Shown: positions 1 through 12,624 of the stretch, in pieces
Numbering within the stretch: position 1 is the first letter of the stretch
Layout: each line of letters begins with the position of its first letter
Assembly (NCBI RefSeq): GCF_036971445.1
Contig: NC_091470.1
Span: forward strand, 196,230,001 to 196,294,000
Origin: Narcine bancroftii
Taxonomy: Eukaryota
DNA: 64,000 nucleotides
Reading direction: 5' to 3'
Notes under the pieces: generated by a model
Told to the model about the DNA's origin: nothing
Databases searched by the model: none
What the model saw: the letters and a program-made list of their open reading frames with translations, nothing else
Made by a program: the position numbers and the translations under genes

Positions 1-1708
1 ACTCGGTCGACCAAGGGGTCGTTCTTTGAGTGCCGGACGTGGCGTCGCAAAAGGACGGTGCCAGGGACTGTGAGCCATGCCGGTACAGTGGTTCCTGATT
101 CGGATTTCCTCGGGAAAAGGAACATCCTTTCGTGGTGGGTGGCATTTGTTGCAGTACATAGGAGGGAGCGGATGGAGTGTAAGGCACTAGTGAGAACCTC
201 CTGCCAGTGAGAGGTGGGGAGACCTTTAGACTGGAGAGCCAGTGTAACCGCTCTCCATATGGTGGCATTCTCCCTCTCGACCTGGCCGTTACCGCATGGG
301 TTATAGCTCGTGGTCCTGCTTGAAGCGATACTACACTCCAGAAGGTACTGTTGCAGCTCTGCGCTCACGAATGAGGACCCCCTATCACTGCGGATGGAAT
401 TGGGGTATCTGAAGATGGCGAAAATACTATGAAGGGCCTGTATCACTGAGGTGGCAGTGGTGTCTGGGCAGGGCACAGCGAACGGGAAGCTGGAGTACTC
501 GTCGATGGCCGTACGGATGTAGGTATTACGGTTGGTCGATGGTAAAGTCTATGCTAAGACGCTCGAAGGGGCGGGTGGCTTTGATAACGTGGGAGTATAT
601 CCGGACGGAAGAAGTGGGGCTTGCATTCAGCGCACACCAAACAGGCTCGGGTCATGGAGTGGATCTCCTCAACTGTGTAGGGTAGGCTGCGCGCCTTCAC
701 AAAGTGGGCAAACCTAGTGACCCCTGGAATACAGAGCGCCTCATGGAGTTTCTGTAGTCTGTCCAGCTGTATGCTGGCGCACGTCCCCCTGGAGAGCGTG
801 TCAGGCGGGTCATTGAGCTTACCAGGCCGGTACAGGATGTCATAGTTAAAGGTGGAGAGTTCGATTCTCCATCTGGTGATTTTGTCGTTTTTTATCTTAC
901 CTCGCTGGGTGTTGCTGAACATGAAGGAGACCGCGCGTTGATCAGTCAACAGTGTAAATCACCTCCCAGCGAGGTAATATCTCCAACGACGCACCGCTTC
1001 AACTATGGCCTGGGCCTCCTTCTCGATCGAGGAGTGTCTACTCTCTGGACCCTGGAGGGTTCTGGAGAAGAAGGCTACAGGCCGACCGGCCTGGTTCAAG
1101 GTGGCTGCCCAGGGCGAAGTCGGATGCATCACTCTCGACTTGAAACGGGACAGACTCATCGATCCCATGCAGCGTCGCAGCAGCGATGTCGGATTTGATT
1201 ATACAGTTCTTTCAGTACCTTTATGGCTGCGGTGTAAGTGGTCTCATCCTGGATGTTCTCGTAGACTCTCAAGGACACCATAGACAGCAATGCTTTTAGA
1301 CGCTGGTTATCCTCCTCCACCTCAATGAATCTCAGGAAGTTTTCAAAGTTCAGCAGCCAGAAGTTAAAGGCTTTGAAGGCTGTAGCTGACTGTGGGTCGA
1401 TATCAAGCTTTTCTGGCCGAGTTAAACGCTCCATCCCTTTCAAAAAAATTCATTTTGCTAATAAAATGGTAGAGCTCGTCGAAAGAACCAAAGACTTGTT
1501 GATCCAAACCAAGGCTTTTATTAGCAAAAGACAGGAGCTCTTCATAGGTGGCTGACCAGTCCGGAATGATCCGACCTGGCTAGGGACACAACCCTTTTAA
1601 GGCCCAGACAATAGGCGTGGCTTAGCTCTCCGCCAATCACTGTAAGCACAGTCTAGATACAGTAACTATATACACTATGTACATTGGTGATAGATCTGTA
1701 TTATCACA
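1..1708 (-). mobile_element. Gypsy/Ty3 LTR retrotransposon, internally deleted (5' LTR, gag N-terminus fused to RNase H-integrase); runs off the window start
   Basis: Gag start RPEKLDIDPQS..FNFWLLNFENF (ORF 1156-1443) abuts RNase H (VPFQVESDASDFAL, GRPVAFFSRTL, EKEAQAIVEAVRRW, KIKNDKITRWRIEL) and the integrase zinc finger (H..CLVCAECKP). Protease and RT are absent; frameshifts present. Confidence 0.9.
1467..1708 (-). mobile_element. 5' LTR of the Gypsy element
   Basis: TG...CA termini on the minus strand (TGTGATAA...CTACCA), internal AATAAA near 1516-1522, directly upstream of gag. Confidence 0.7.
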
Positions 1709-1814
1709 TAAGTCTCAAGCAACCAGAAAACATATTTCTCCAGCATATACCTAGGTGCTGGATACCAGGAGCTATACTGTATTCAACTCCTACCTGATGG
1801 GTTTAACCTTTAAA

Positions 1815-2040
1815 TTTTAAATTTAGACATAGAGCACGAGCTCACGCTGCCCTGTTACACACGATGGACCTACAATGGTGGGAGAAAACCAGAGCCCACC
1901 CCCCAACACCCCAGAGAAAACTCATGCAGACACTATGGGGGAGGGGAGGTGGGTGGGGGAGAGCGTACTCCTTACAGACAGCCTGGGATTCGATCCCTGG
2001 TGGCTGGCGCTGTTACAGCATGGCGCCAACCGCGCCATAC
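1815..2040 (-). mobile_element. tRNA-derived V-SINE (HE1-like), degenerate
   Basis: tRNA-like head with box B (GGATCGAATCC) followed by a V-domain-like core; related copies near 19180-19335, 23550-23750, 24015-24200 and 48610-48800. Ends approximate. Confidence 0.6.
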
Positions 2041-2238
2041 TCTTGTGGGATGGCCGATTCCTCTCCTGAAGCCTCTCCGTTGATGTATGGCCCACCCTTT
2101 CTCCCTCCTCCCATCCAACACCATGACGCAGTTGGACTGCAACAGCAAGAGGGGCAGGATTATCATTGAAAAGGCGTGGTCTCCACCGTTGTGGCATGAT
2201 CCAAAATCTTACACACACAAACTTTAATCATGAACTTG

Positions 2239-2244
2239 TTTATT
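2239..2244 (-). terminator. Candidate poly(A) signal of the PLAC8-family gene
   Basis: AATAAA on the minus strand about 830 nt downstream of the stop codon. Confidence 0.4.
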
Positions 2245-3074
2245 AAAATCAAAACATTGACTTTGCAACCACAGTCTTAAATAAAAGATAAGCTGTGAAA
2301 ATATGCAACGTTGATTGTACTTGGATGATTGCAAAACTTGATCAATGTCAAATACATCCAGAACTAATACATCCTTTTTAACACACATAAAAAACGCAAA
2401 AATAAAATTGATTACAGATCCAAGTGGAGCTGATGAACAAACTTGAAGATTATATTTGACGCAAGAAAGTCCAAAAGGAGGAGCGGATGCGAGAAGGTGT
2501 CTGGAATCTGGGACCAAGAAAGCACTGAGAACAGTGAGGAACGTTCTGGGGAGGTGCGTAAAAAAAGCGTAAAATAAAATGCTCTGGGGAGTTTCCATGC
2601 ATGAACGGAACGACGTAACCAATATGCTTGACTTTTTCGAAATACATGACTGTTCATTCAGCCCCTGCTGTGGCTGGAGCCTGGTTGCTAGTGTGCACGT
2701 GTGAGTGTGTGTGCGTGCGTTGTTTAGCTGATATCTGAGAGGGATGGAGAGGCACTGGCCAGTGTACAGATATCCCCCTGGGAGAGAGGGACGGAGAGAC
2801 ACCAGTCAGTGAAGCAAAAGAGAAAAGAGAGTTAGAGAGATATATAGAGGAGAGACAGAAGTAGAGAGAAAAATACAGAAAGAGGAGAGAGATTTGAGAG
2901 AGAAAGAGAGGGGGAGGGGAAGTGATGAAAGGAAAAGAGAGCAAGCAGGGAAAGGGAGGGAGGGAGAGAGAGAGAGTGAGAGAGAGAGAAAAAAGGGAGA
3001 ATCAGGAACAAATCAGTGTGATTTGGGGCCACTGTTCTGCATGGATCCTCTGTACGATATGGGGACGAGGGTCC

Positions 3075-3275
3075 CTATTGAGGGTATAAGGGGGCATTTT
3101 GACCAGCTGCGGCGGGGTAGGTGGGCTGGGGTACATAGGTTGGATGTGGCAACATGGAAGTGGTGGCATTGATGATGGTCACTTGCTTCTTGCGTTCCTT
3201 CATCTCGCGGGCGATCTGGCACCAGCCGCAGGTCAGGCAGCAGTACATGATGCAGCAGTCATTGCAGATGGAGCC
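3075..3275 (-). CDS. PLAC8/cornifelin-family protein, last coding exon
   Basis: Acceptor ttcccAG, phase 0; GSICNDCCIMYCCLTCGWCQIAREMKER matches the PLAC8 C-terminal motif; stop at 3075-3077. Confidence 0.92.
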   Translation of the reverse strand, partial: GSICNDCCIMYCCLTCGWCQIAREMKERKKQVTIINATTSMLPHPTYVPQPTYPAAAGQNAPLYPQ

Positions 3276-3459
3276 CTGGGAACAGGAGCAGAGAGTCAGC
3301 CGGCTTCTCCCCATCATACACCCCCCCAACTCCCTCACTGTACAAGGGCCCTGACCCACGAGACGTCAGCAGCAAAAGAAATCCACCTAAATCATGTTAT
3401 CTTCAAAACAACAAGTTTTATTAATAATATAAAGTCTTACTCAACTCCAATATGCACAA

Positions 3460-3494
<35 letters not shown>

Positions 3495-4614
3495 GGTGGT
3501 GGGTGGGTGGGTGGGGGGGGGGGTAGTTCCAAACCATTACAGTTCAGGCATCATTCTGAAGAGATTTTAAATTTGTGTCTTAGAAATCCTTTGTGTAGAA
3601 ACTCAGAGTCTTTCAACTGCAGTTGAAAAGTTCTCAAACTCACGAATTCTTGTAGATTTGCTTTCAGAGAAATATTTCTTCATACGAACGACTGTATCCT
3701 CTCTCTTGCCTGGAGGTTTCGGAACTTGTGCTTCACAAGCCAATTTCACCCACCCAGGCAAGGGAGAAACAAAGTGACCATTACAATTGGACGTGTTGAA
3801 CCGCCCTCTCCCCTGGCAAAGAGACAGGTGAAGTGGCCCACCCCCTCGAATCTACTGACTCTGTGCTCCTCCCCTATCACAGGAAGAATGCACAGCAGGA
3901 CCTTCCTCTTCAGAGGCCACTGCAACTCCCTGATGTCAGACGAAGCGTGGCTCAATATTGAAGGGCCCCACGACACTAATGTGACACTGTTGCTGGTTTT
4001 GTTTGGCTCAATATTGAAGGGCCCCACGACACAGACGCGACACTGTTGCTGGTTTTGTTTGAAGTTCTCCACTTCCAAAGGTTTACGAGAAATTGCCTCC
4101 GATGTTTCTGCATAGCCATCTAACAAAATGGTGGCTTGTTTGACCGGGCACCTTTCTGAGTAAATGTCATTGTCTTCGGTTTCAATGGAGACAGTCATCG
4201 AACTGCTTTTAATGGTCTGAAGTCGCAGTCAGACTGTGTCTGAGTAAATGTTTGCTAGCCCCTATCACACTGGCCAACCTGTAAATTGGCCAGTCAAGAG
4301 AAGGCCCGTTCACACTGGACCACTGTTAACCAGCATTTACACCCACCACCAGACAGACAGCTCCAGGGAGAGGGTGGACCTGCCCCTCCCAGAATTCCAT
4401 GCAGCAGAGACACCCCTCCACGAGTGCTCCGTGCTTTCTACACCCCACGGAATTGTGGGAGGTCAGGTCCGCCATCATGCATTTCATTCACCCCTCCCCC
4501 CGACATTCCCACGGTCCTTTATAAGTGGTTTTATTCTGTGCTGTTACGTTAAGTTTTTTTAAATACATCGAGGGTGGGAGAGGGAGGAAAAAAGAGGGAG
4601 AGGGACGGGGGGCC

Positions 4615-7600
4615 AGCGGGGGGGAGGGGGAGAGGCGGCGGGGGGGAGGGGGAGAGGCGGCGGGGGGGAGGGGGAGAGGCGGCGGGGGGGAGGGGGAGAG
4701 GCGGCGGGGGGGAGGGGGAGAGGCGGCGGGGGGGAGGGGGAGAGGCGGCGGGGGGGAGGGGGAGAGGCGGCGGGGGGGAGGGGGAGAGGCGGCGGGGGGG
4801 AGGGGGAGAGGCGGCGGGGGGGGGGGAGAGGCGGCGGGGGGGAGGGGGAGAGGCGGCGGGGGGGAGGGGGAGAGGCGGCGGGGGGGAGGGGGAGAGGCGG
4901 CGGGGGGGAGGGGGAGAGGCGGCGGGGGGGAGGGGGAGAGGCGGCGGGGGGGAGGGGGAGAGGCGGCGGGGGGGAGGGGGAGAGGCGGCGGGGGGGAGGG
5001 GGAGAGGCGGCGGGGGGGAGGGGGAGAGGCGGCGGGGGGGAGGGGGAGAGGCGGCGGGGGGCAGGGGGAGAGGCGGCGGGGGGCAGGGGGAGAGGCGGCG
5101 GGGGGCAGGGGGAGAGGCGGCGGGGGGCAGGGGGAGAGGCGGCGGGGGGCGGGGGAGAGGCGGCGGGGGGCGGGGGAGAGGCGGCGGGGGGCGGGGGAGA
5201 GGCGGCGGGGGGCGGGGGAGAGGCGGCGGGGGGCGGGGGAGAGGCGGCGGGGGGCGGGGGAGAGGCGGCGGGGGGCAGGGGGAGAGGCGGCGGGGGGCAG
5301 GGGGAGAGGCGGCGGGGGGCAGGGGGAGAGGCGGCGGGGGGCAGGGGGAGAGGCGGCGGGGGGCAGGGGGAGAGGCGGCGGGGGGCAGGGGGAGAGGCGG
5401 CGGGGGGCAGGGGGAGAGGCGGCGGGGGGCAGGGGGAGAGGCGGCGGGGGGCAGGGGGAGAGGCGGCGGGGGGCAGGGGGAGAGGCGGCGGGGGGCAGGG
5501 GGAGAGGCGGCGGGGGGCAGGGGGAGAGGCGGCGGGGGGCAGGGGGAGAGGCGGCGGGGGGAGAGGCGGCGGGGGGGAGAGGCGGCGGGGGGGAGAGGCG
5601 GCGGGGGGGAGAGGCGGCGGGGGGGAGAGGCGGCGGGGGGGAGAGGCGGCGGGGGGGAGAGGCGGCGGGGGGGAGAGGCGGCGAGGGGGAGAGGCGGCGG
5701 GGGGGAGAGGCGGCGAGGGGGAGAGGCGGCGGGGGGGAGAGGCGGCGGGGGGGAGAGGCGGCGAGGGGGAGGGGGAGAGGCGGCGGGGGGGAGGGGGAGA
5801 GGCGGCGGGGGGGAGGGGGAGAGGCGGCGGGGGGGAGGGGGAGAGGCGGCGGGGGGGGGGGAGAGGCGGCGGGGGGGAGGGGGAGAGGCGGCGGGGGGGA
5901 GGGGGAGAGGCGGCGGGGGGGAGGGGGAGAGGCGGCGGGGGGGAGGGGGAGAGGCGGCGGGGGGGAGGGGGAGAGGCGGCGGGGGGGAGGGGGAGAGGCG
6001 GCGGGGGGGAGGGGGAGAGGCGGCGGGGGGGAGGGGGAGAGGCGGCGGGGGGGAGGGGGAGAGGCGGCGGGGGGGAGGGGGAGAGGCGGCGGGGGGGAGG
6101 GGGAGAGGCGGCGGGGGGGAGGGGGAGAGGCGGCGGGGGGGAGGGGGAGAGGCGGCGGGGGGGAGGGGGAGAGGCGGCGGGGGGGAGGGGGAGAGGCGGC
6201 GGGGGGGGGGGAGAGGCGGCGGGGGGGAGGGGGAGAGGCGGCGGGGGGGAGGGGGAGAGGCGGCGGGGGGGAGGGGGAGAGGCGGCGGGGGGGAGGGGGA
6301 GAGGCGGCGGGGGGGAGGGGGAGAGGCGGCGGGGGGGAGGGGGAGAGGCGGCGGGGGGGAGGGGGAGAGGCGGCGGGGGGGAGGGGGAGAGGCGGCGGGG
6401 GGGAGGGGGAGAGGCGGCGGGGGGGAGGGGGAGAGGCGGCGGGGGGGAGGGGGAGAGGCGGCGGGGGGGAGGGGGAGAGGCGGCGGGGGGCAGGGGGAGA
6501 GGCGGCGGGGGGCAGGGGGAGAGGCGGCGGGGGGCAGGGGGAGAGGCGGCGGGGGGCGGGGGAGAGGCGGCGGGGGGCGGGGGAGAGGCGGCGGGGGGCG
6601 GGGGAGAGGCGGCGGGGGGCGGGGGAGAGGCGGCGGGGGGCGGGGGAGAGGCGGCGGGGGGCGGGGGAGAGGCGGCGGGGGGCAGGGGGAGAGGCGGCGG
6701 GGGGCAGGGGGAGAGGCGGCGGGGGGCAGGGGGAGAGGCGGCGGGGGGCAGGGGGAGAGGCGGCGGGGGGCAGGGGGAGAGGCGGCGGGGGGCAGGGGGA
6801 GAGGCGGCGGGGGGCAGGGGGAGAGGCGGCGGGGGGCAGGGGGAGAGGCGGCGGGGGGCAGGGGGAGAGGCGGCGGGGGGCAGGGGGAGAGGCGGCGGGG
6901 GGCAGGGGGAGAGGCGGCGGGGGGCAGGGGGAGAGGCGGCGGGGGGCAGGGGGAGAGGCGGCGGGGGGCAGGGGGAGAGGCGGCGGGGGGAGAGGCGGCG
7001 GGGGGGAGAGGCGGCGGGGGGGAGAGGCGGCGGGGGGGGAGAGGCGGCGGGGGGGAGAGGCGGCGGGGGGGAGAGGCGGCGGGGGGGAGAGGCGGCGAGG
7101 GGGAGAGGCGGCGGGGGGGAGAGGCGGCGAGGGGGAGAGGCGGCGGGGGGGAGAGGCGGCGGGGGGGAGAGGCGGCGAGGGGGAGAGGCGGCGAGGGGGA
7201 GAGGCGGCGAGGGGGAGAGGCGGCGAGGGGGAGAGGCGGCGAGGGGGAGAGGCGGCGAGGGGGAGAGGCGGCGAGGGGGAGAGGCGGCGAGGGGGAGAGG
7301 CGGCGAGGGGGAGAGGCGGCGAGGGGGAGAGGCGGCGAGGGGGAGAGGCGGCGAGGGGGAGAGGCGGGGAGGGGGAGAGGCGGCGAGGGGGAGGGGGAGA
7401 GGCGGCGAGGGGGAGGGGGAGAGGCGGCGAGGGGGAGGGGGAGAGGCGGCGAGGGGGAGGGGGAGAGGCGGCGAGGGGGAGGGGGAGAGGCGGCGAGGGG
7501 GAGGGGGAGAGGCGGCGAGGGGGAGGGGGAGAGGCGGCGAGGGGGAGGGGGAGAGGCGGCGAGGGGGAGAGGCGGCGAGGGGGAGAGGCGGCGAGGGGGA

Positions 7601-9570
7601 GAGGCGGCGAGGGGGAGAGGCGGCGAGGGGGAGAGGCGGCGAGGGGGAGAGGCGGCGAGGGGGAGAGGCGGCGAGGGGGAGAGGCGGCGAGGGGGAGAGG
7701 CGGCGAGGGGGAGAGGCGGCGAGGGGGAGAGGCGGCGAGGGGGAGAGGCGGCGAGGGGGAGAGGCGGCGAGGGGGAGAGGCGGCGAGGGGGAGGGGGAGA
7801 GGCGGCGAGGGGGAGAGGCGGCGAGGGGGAGGGGGAGAGGCGGCGAGGGGGAGGGGGAGAGGCGGCGAGGGGGAGGGGGAGAGGCGGCGAGGGGGAGGGG
7901 GAGAGGCGGCGAGGGGGAGGGGGAGAGGCGGCGAGGGGGAGGGGGAGAGGCGGCGAGGGGGAGGGGGAGAGGCGGCGAGGGGGAGGGGGAGAGGCGGCGA
8001 GGGGGAGGGGGAGAGGCGGCGAGGGGGAGGGGGAGAGGCGGCGAGGGGGAGGGGGAGAGGCGGCGAGGGGGAGGGGGAGAGGCGGCGAGGGGGAGGGGGA
8101 GAGGCGGCGAGGGGGAGGGGGAGAGGCGGCGAGGGGGAGGGGGAGAGGCGGCGAGGGGGAGGGGGAGAGGCGGCGAGGGGGAGGGGGAGAGGCGGCGAGG
8201 GGGAGGGGGAGAGGCGGCGAGGGGGAGGGGGAGAGGCGGCGAGGGGGAGGGGGAGAGGCGGCGAGGGGGAGGGGGAGAGGCGGCGAGGGGGAGGGGGAGA
8301 GGCGGCGAGGGGGAGGGGGAGAGGCGGCGAGGGGGAGGGGGAGAGGCGGCGAGGGGGAGGGGGAGAGGCGGCGAGGGGGAGGGGGAGAGGCGGCGAGGGG
8401 GAGGGGGAGAGGCGGCGAGGGGGAGGGGGAGAGGCGGCGAGGGGGAGGGGGAGAGGCGGCGAGGGGGAGGGGGAGAGGCGGCGAGGGGGAGGGGGAGAGG
8501 CGGCGAGGGGGAGGGGGAGAGGCGGCGAGGGGGAGGGGGAGAGGCGGCGAGGGGGAGGGGAGAGGCGGCGAGGGGGAGGGGGAGAGGCGGCGAGGGGGAG
8601 GGGGAGAGGCGGCGAGGGGGAGGGGGAGAGGCGGCGAGGGGGAGGGGGAGAGGCGGCGAGGGGGAGGGGGAGAGGCGGCGAGGGGGAGGGGGAGAGGCGG
8701 CGAGGGGGAGGGGGAGAGGCGGCGAGGGGGAGGGGGAGAGGCGGCGAGGGGGAGGGGGAGAGGCGGCGAGGGGGAGGGGGAGAGGCGGCGAGGGGGAGGG
8801 GGAGAGGCGGCGAGGGGGAGGGGGAGAGGCGGCGAGGGGGAGGGGGAGAGGCGGCGAGGGGGAGGGGGGGAGAGGCGGCGAGGGGGAGAGGCGGCGAGGG
8901 GGAGGGGGAGAGGCGGCGAGGGGGAGGGGGAGAGGCGGCGAGGGGGAGGGGGAGAGGCGGCGAGGGGGAGGGGGAGAGGCGGCGAGGGGGAGGGGGAGAG
9001 GCGGCGAGGGGGAGGGGGAGAGGCGGCGAGGGGGAGGGGGAGAGGCGGCGAGGGGGAGGGGGAGAGGCGGCGAGGGGGAGGGGGAGAGGCGGCGAGGGGG
9101 AGGGGGAGAGGCGGCGAGGGGGAGGGGGAGAGGCGGCGAGGGGGAGGGGGAGAGGCGGCGAGGGGGAGGGGGAGAGGCGGCGAGGGGGAGGGGGAGAGGC
9201 GGCGAGGGGGAGGGGGAGAGGCGGCGAGGGGGAGGGGGAGAGGCAGCGAGGGGGAGGGGGAGAGGCAGCGAGGGGGAGGGGGAGAGGCAGCGAGGGGGAG
9301 GGGGAGAGGCAGCGAGGGGGAGGGGGAGAGGCAGCGAGGGGGAGGGGGAGAGGCAGCGAGGGGGAGGGGGAGAGGCAGCGAGGGGGAGGGGGAGAGGCAG
9401 CGAGGGGGAGGGGGAGAGGCAGCGAGGGGGAGGGGGAGAGGCAGCGAGGGGGAGGGGGAGAGGCAGCGAGGGGGAGGGGGAGAGGCAGCGAGGGGGAGGG
9501 GGAGAGGCAGCGAGGGGGAGGGGGAGAGGCAGCGAGGGGGAGGGGGGAGAGGCAGCGAGGGGGAGAGGCC
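4615..9570 (+). repeat. G-rich minisatellite (about 15-22 bp units, GGGGAGAGGCGGCG[G/A]GGGGA)
   Basis: About 5 kb tandem array essentially free of T on the + strand; intronic to the PLAC8-family gene. Confidence 0.97.
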
Positions 9571-9725
9571 GCGATGGGTAGGGGGAGAGAAGGGAGAAGG
9601 GAGAGGAGAGGGAGGGATGGGTGTTAGATGATGTAGAGGGAAATAATGTTGGCTACGTCTCTGGCCCCAGCAGTATGCCCTGGCAGACGGCGGATCCCAG
9701 CATTCAGTGGGGCGATTGGACTTAC

Positions 9726-9904
9726 CGGTATGTCATAGCGCTCACGTGTGGCCACTCTCATGGCAAGGGAGATGGGCGGGATGATCATAAAAATGCCGCC
9801 GGAACAGGTGCAGCAGATCTCCAGCAACGGCAGACAGAGGCACTCGCCGAACTCATCCGCTGTCTTACACATGAAGCAGGGGAAACACCAGAAGGCCAGG
9901 CAGC
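9726..9904 (-). CDS. PLAC8/cornifelin-family protein, middle coding exon
   Basis: cccacAG acceptor, GTAAGT donor, phase 1 to 0; CCLAFWCFPCFMCKTADEFGECLCLP...AMRVATRERYDIP. Confidence 0.93.
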
Positions 9905-10319
9905 CTGTGGGACAATGGGGACAGTCAGCAGGGGATACATGCACTCATGTGGACGGACGCACGCACGCATGCACAGCGTGTGTTAGGTACATGGATGGAA
10001 TTTAGGAAATTGGCCAAATGTAGTCTATTCGAACAAAGTCGGGTGGACAGCTGGGCTGGAATGGAGGAGTTGGGATGAATGGCCTGTGTCTGAGCGGTAA
10101 ACATCTATGATTTGACAGCCTGTGAAGAGCAGAATCTGCCCTGTTCTCCTCACCTTTTGGCCACATCATCCTCCTGCCCTGACACAACTTCCTCCAATGC
10201 ACAAGGCCTAAAATATCAAATCAGGTTCGTCCACATTTCCAACATGTTTACGGAGAGGTTTTCTGTTGTGATTCACCTCCTCGGCATCTATGTTTGGGCG
10301 GGGGAGAGTTTGTGCGTGG

Positions 10320-11200
10320 GCGGGCGGGCGGGTGTGTGGGTGTGAGTGTGTGGGTTGATGGGTTTGTGAGTGTGTATGAGTGTGTGCGAGTTAGTCTGTG
10401 AGTGTATGTGTGTGAGTGAGTGTGCATGTGAGTGGACGGTATGGGGGTGAGGGGGTTGTGGGGATGATTGTCGGTGAGGGGTATGGGGATGAGTGTGGGT
10501 GAGGGGTATGGGAGTGGACTGTGTGGGGTTGATTGGGGTGAGTGGATGGTGTGGTGATGTTGGTTGTGGGGGTGTGGGGTGTGTGGGGCAGATTAGACGA
10601 TGTGGGTGTGAGAGGGTTGTGGGGGTGAGTGGACTGTGTGGGGGTGGGGGTTGAAGGGTGTTTGGGTGAGTGGACCGTATGGGGGTGTGTGGTTGTGAGA
10701 GGGGTGTGGGGTTCAGTGGACAATGTGGGCATGAGGTGGGGTGTGTGGGTTAGTGGACAGTGTGGGGGTGAGGGTGGAGTGGGGGTGTGGCGGTGAGGTG
10801 AGAGTGGAAGTAGACGGCGTGGGGGTGAGGTGGGTCTGGGAGTAAGTGGATGGTGAGGTGTTGAGGGGGGTGTGGGAATGAGTGGTCGGTGTAGGGGTAA
10901 GTGGACAGTGTGGGGGTGAGGGGGGGTCTGGGGGTGAGTGGACTGTGTGGGTGTGTGGTGGTGAGGGTGGTGTGGAAGTGGACGGTGTGGGGGTGAGTGG
11001 ACAGTGAGTGGTTTGAGGGGGGCGTGATGGTGAGTGGACAATGTGGAGTTGAGGGGTGAGTGGATGATGTGGGGGTAGGTAGATGGTGTGGGGGTGAGGG
11101 GGATGTGGGGGTGATTTGGGGGTGAGGGAGTGGATGGATGGCATGGAGGTGAGTGGACAGTGTGGGTGAGTGTACAGTATGGGGGTGAGGGGGGACAGGG
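10320..11200 (+). repeat. Degenerate GT/G-rich low-complexity repeat (GAGTGGAC-cored units)
   Basis: Recurrent GGTGAGTGGAC..TGTGGGG motifs; intronic. Confidence 0.8.
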
Positions 11201-11214
11201 ATGCGCCCACGTAC

Positions 11215-11329
11215 AGATGCCACAGTCATCGCAGCAGTCACAGATCCCTGTGCTCCAGCCCTGGCGCTGACTCCTGACAATGGTTGTTGTCGAGGCCGTC
11301 GGTTGGGAGACCACAACGGTGGATGCCAT
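11215..11329 (-). CDS. PLAC8/cornifelin-family protein, first coding exon
   Basis: MASTVVVSQP...QGWSTGICDCCDDCGI with GTACGT donor (phase 1). Acceptor ctgcAG at 11344-11343 implies an upstream non-coding exon. Joined protein about 164 aa. Confidence 0.92.
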
Positions 11330-11589
11330 GACACGAGAGTCCCTGCAGGGAGAGGGGAGGGAGACAGTGGTTACTTAGGATGAACACGACACAACGCACA
11401 CTCACACTCACACTCTCGCACACACGTGCACACACACTTACTGTCACACACACACTCACTTTCACACTCTCACACACACACTCGCACAGGCCCCCCCCTC
11501 CCTTCATCCCCCTCAATCACAAACAGGAAGAGCGCACTCTACTCCCTCATCCTGTAACTGCATGAAAATGCCAAATACTGTGCCCAGTT

Positions 11590-11995
11590 CTGCAGGATGT
11601 GGAAACTTTGGAGAGGGTGTGGAGGGGATTGACAAGAATTGGAGAATGGCCAAGTTAGCGGAGCTGGGTCTTTTCTCTTTGTAGCAAAGGATGAGAGGAG
11701 AATTTAATAGACTTTGACAAGATTCTGGAGGTGGACAACCCAGCACCTTTATCCTATAACAAACACCAGAGGATGTCTGTCCAAAGTGAAGGGAGGGGAG
11801 ACGTCAGGGGTATGTTTATTTTACGTAGAGAGTTGTGGGGGCCTGGAATACCTTGCTGTGGATGGTGGTGGAGGCTGGAACATTAGATAATTCTTAGACA
11901 GACACATGGATGGAAGAGAATAGAGGGGAGTGGGTGTGAGGTGGGGAAGGTTTTGAGTGTTGTGTAGGTCAACATAGGGCCTATACTGTGCTGGA
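11590..11995 (+). mobile_element. CR1 LINE 3' fragment, degenerate
   Basis: Resembles the CR1 RT C-terminus and 3' UTR seen at 15850-16630; ends approximate. Confidence 0.55.
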
Positions 11996-12624
11996 ATGTT
12001 CGGCCCTACAGTATTGCAGAAGTTCTCCAAGATTATCAGGGGCTCAGGCCTCCCATCCGTTGCAGACGTCTACGTGAGGCGCTGCCTCAAGGAGGCAGCC
12101 GACACCGTTCAAGGGACCCCACTGCCCTGGCCGCAACCTTCGGGGCAGGAGGGACAGAAGCCCAAAGAACCAGCACGTCCGGGCTCAAGGTCAGTTGCTT
12201 TCCAAAAGCTGTTGGGCTCTTGAACCTCCCCTACGACACTAAACCCTGTCTCCGGGCTTCCCAGATGTGCCATCTGCAACTGTGAAGATGCGGTTATCTA
12301 TTCTTTTCAATTTAGGACATAAAAACACGAGTGGAGAGAGTGGACAACACCAGAGCCCATTTAACTAGTGACACACATCTCCTCACGCGTCAGAAAGGCC
12401 GCACTCCCTGAGAATGAGTCGGTCGCGTCAAACTTCTACAGGAGCTCAATCCGGAGCGTCCTGGCCAGCTGCATCATGGTGCAGGTACTAATGGACCAGA
12501 GGGCAATCCACGGGACTTTACCGCCAGATTGAGCTCCAACAGCCATCAAGTTCGCAGATGACACGACAGCCGTTGGCCTCGTCAGCAACAGCGAGGAGTC
12601 GCCCAAAGGGCTGGCCTATCCCAT

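Noticed and set aside
3726-4198. ORFs and a roughly 57-bp duplication in the PLAC8-family intron
   Set aside because: No recognisable domain; possibly an old transposon remnant that I cannot assign.
4525-9631. 1700-aa and 1685-aa Gly/Arg-rich ORFs
   Set aside because: The array lacks T so no stop codons can form; it is open in multiple frames and lies antisense in an intron.
10391-11210. 312-aa His/Pro-rich extension of the PLAC8 exon
   Set aside because: Read-through past the donor at 11214 into intronic low-complexity sequence.
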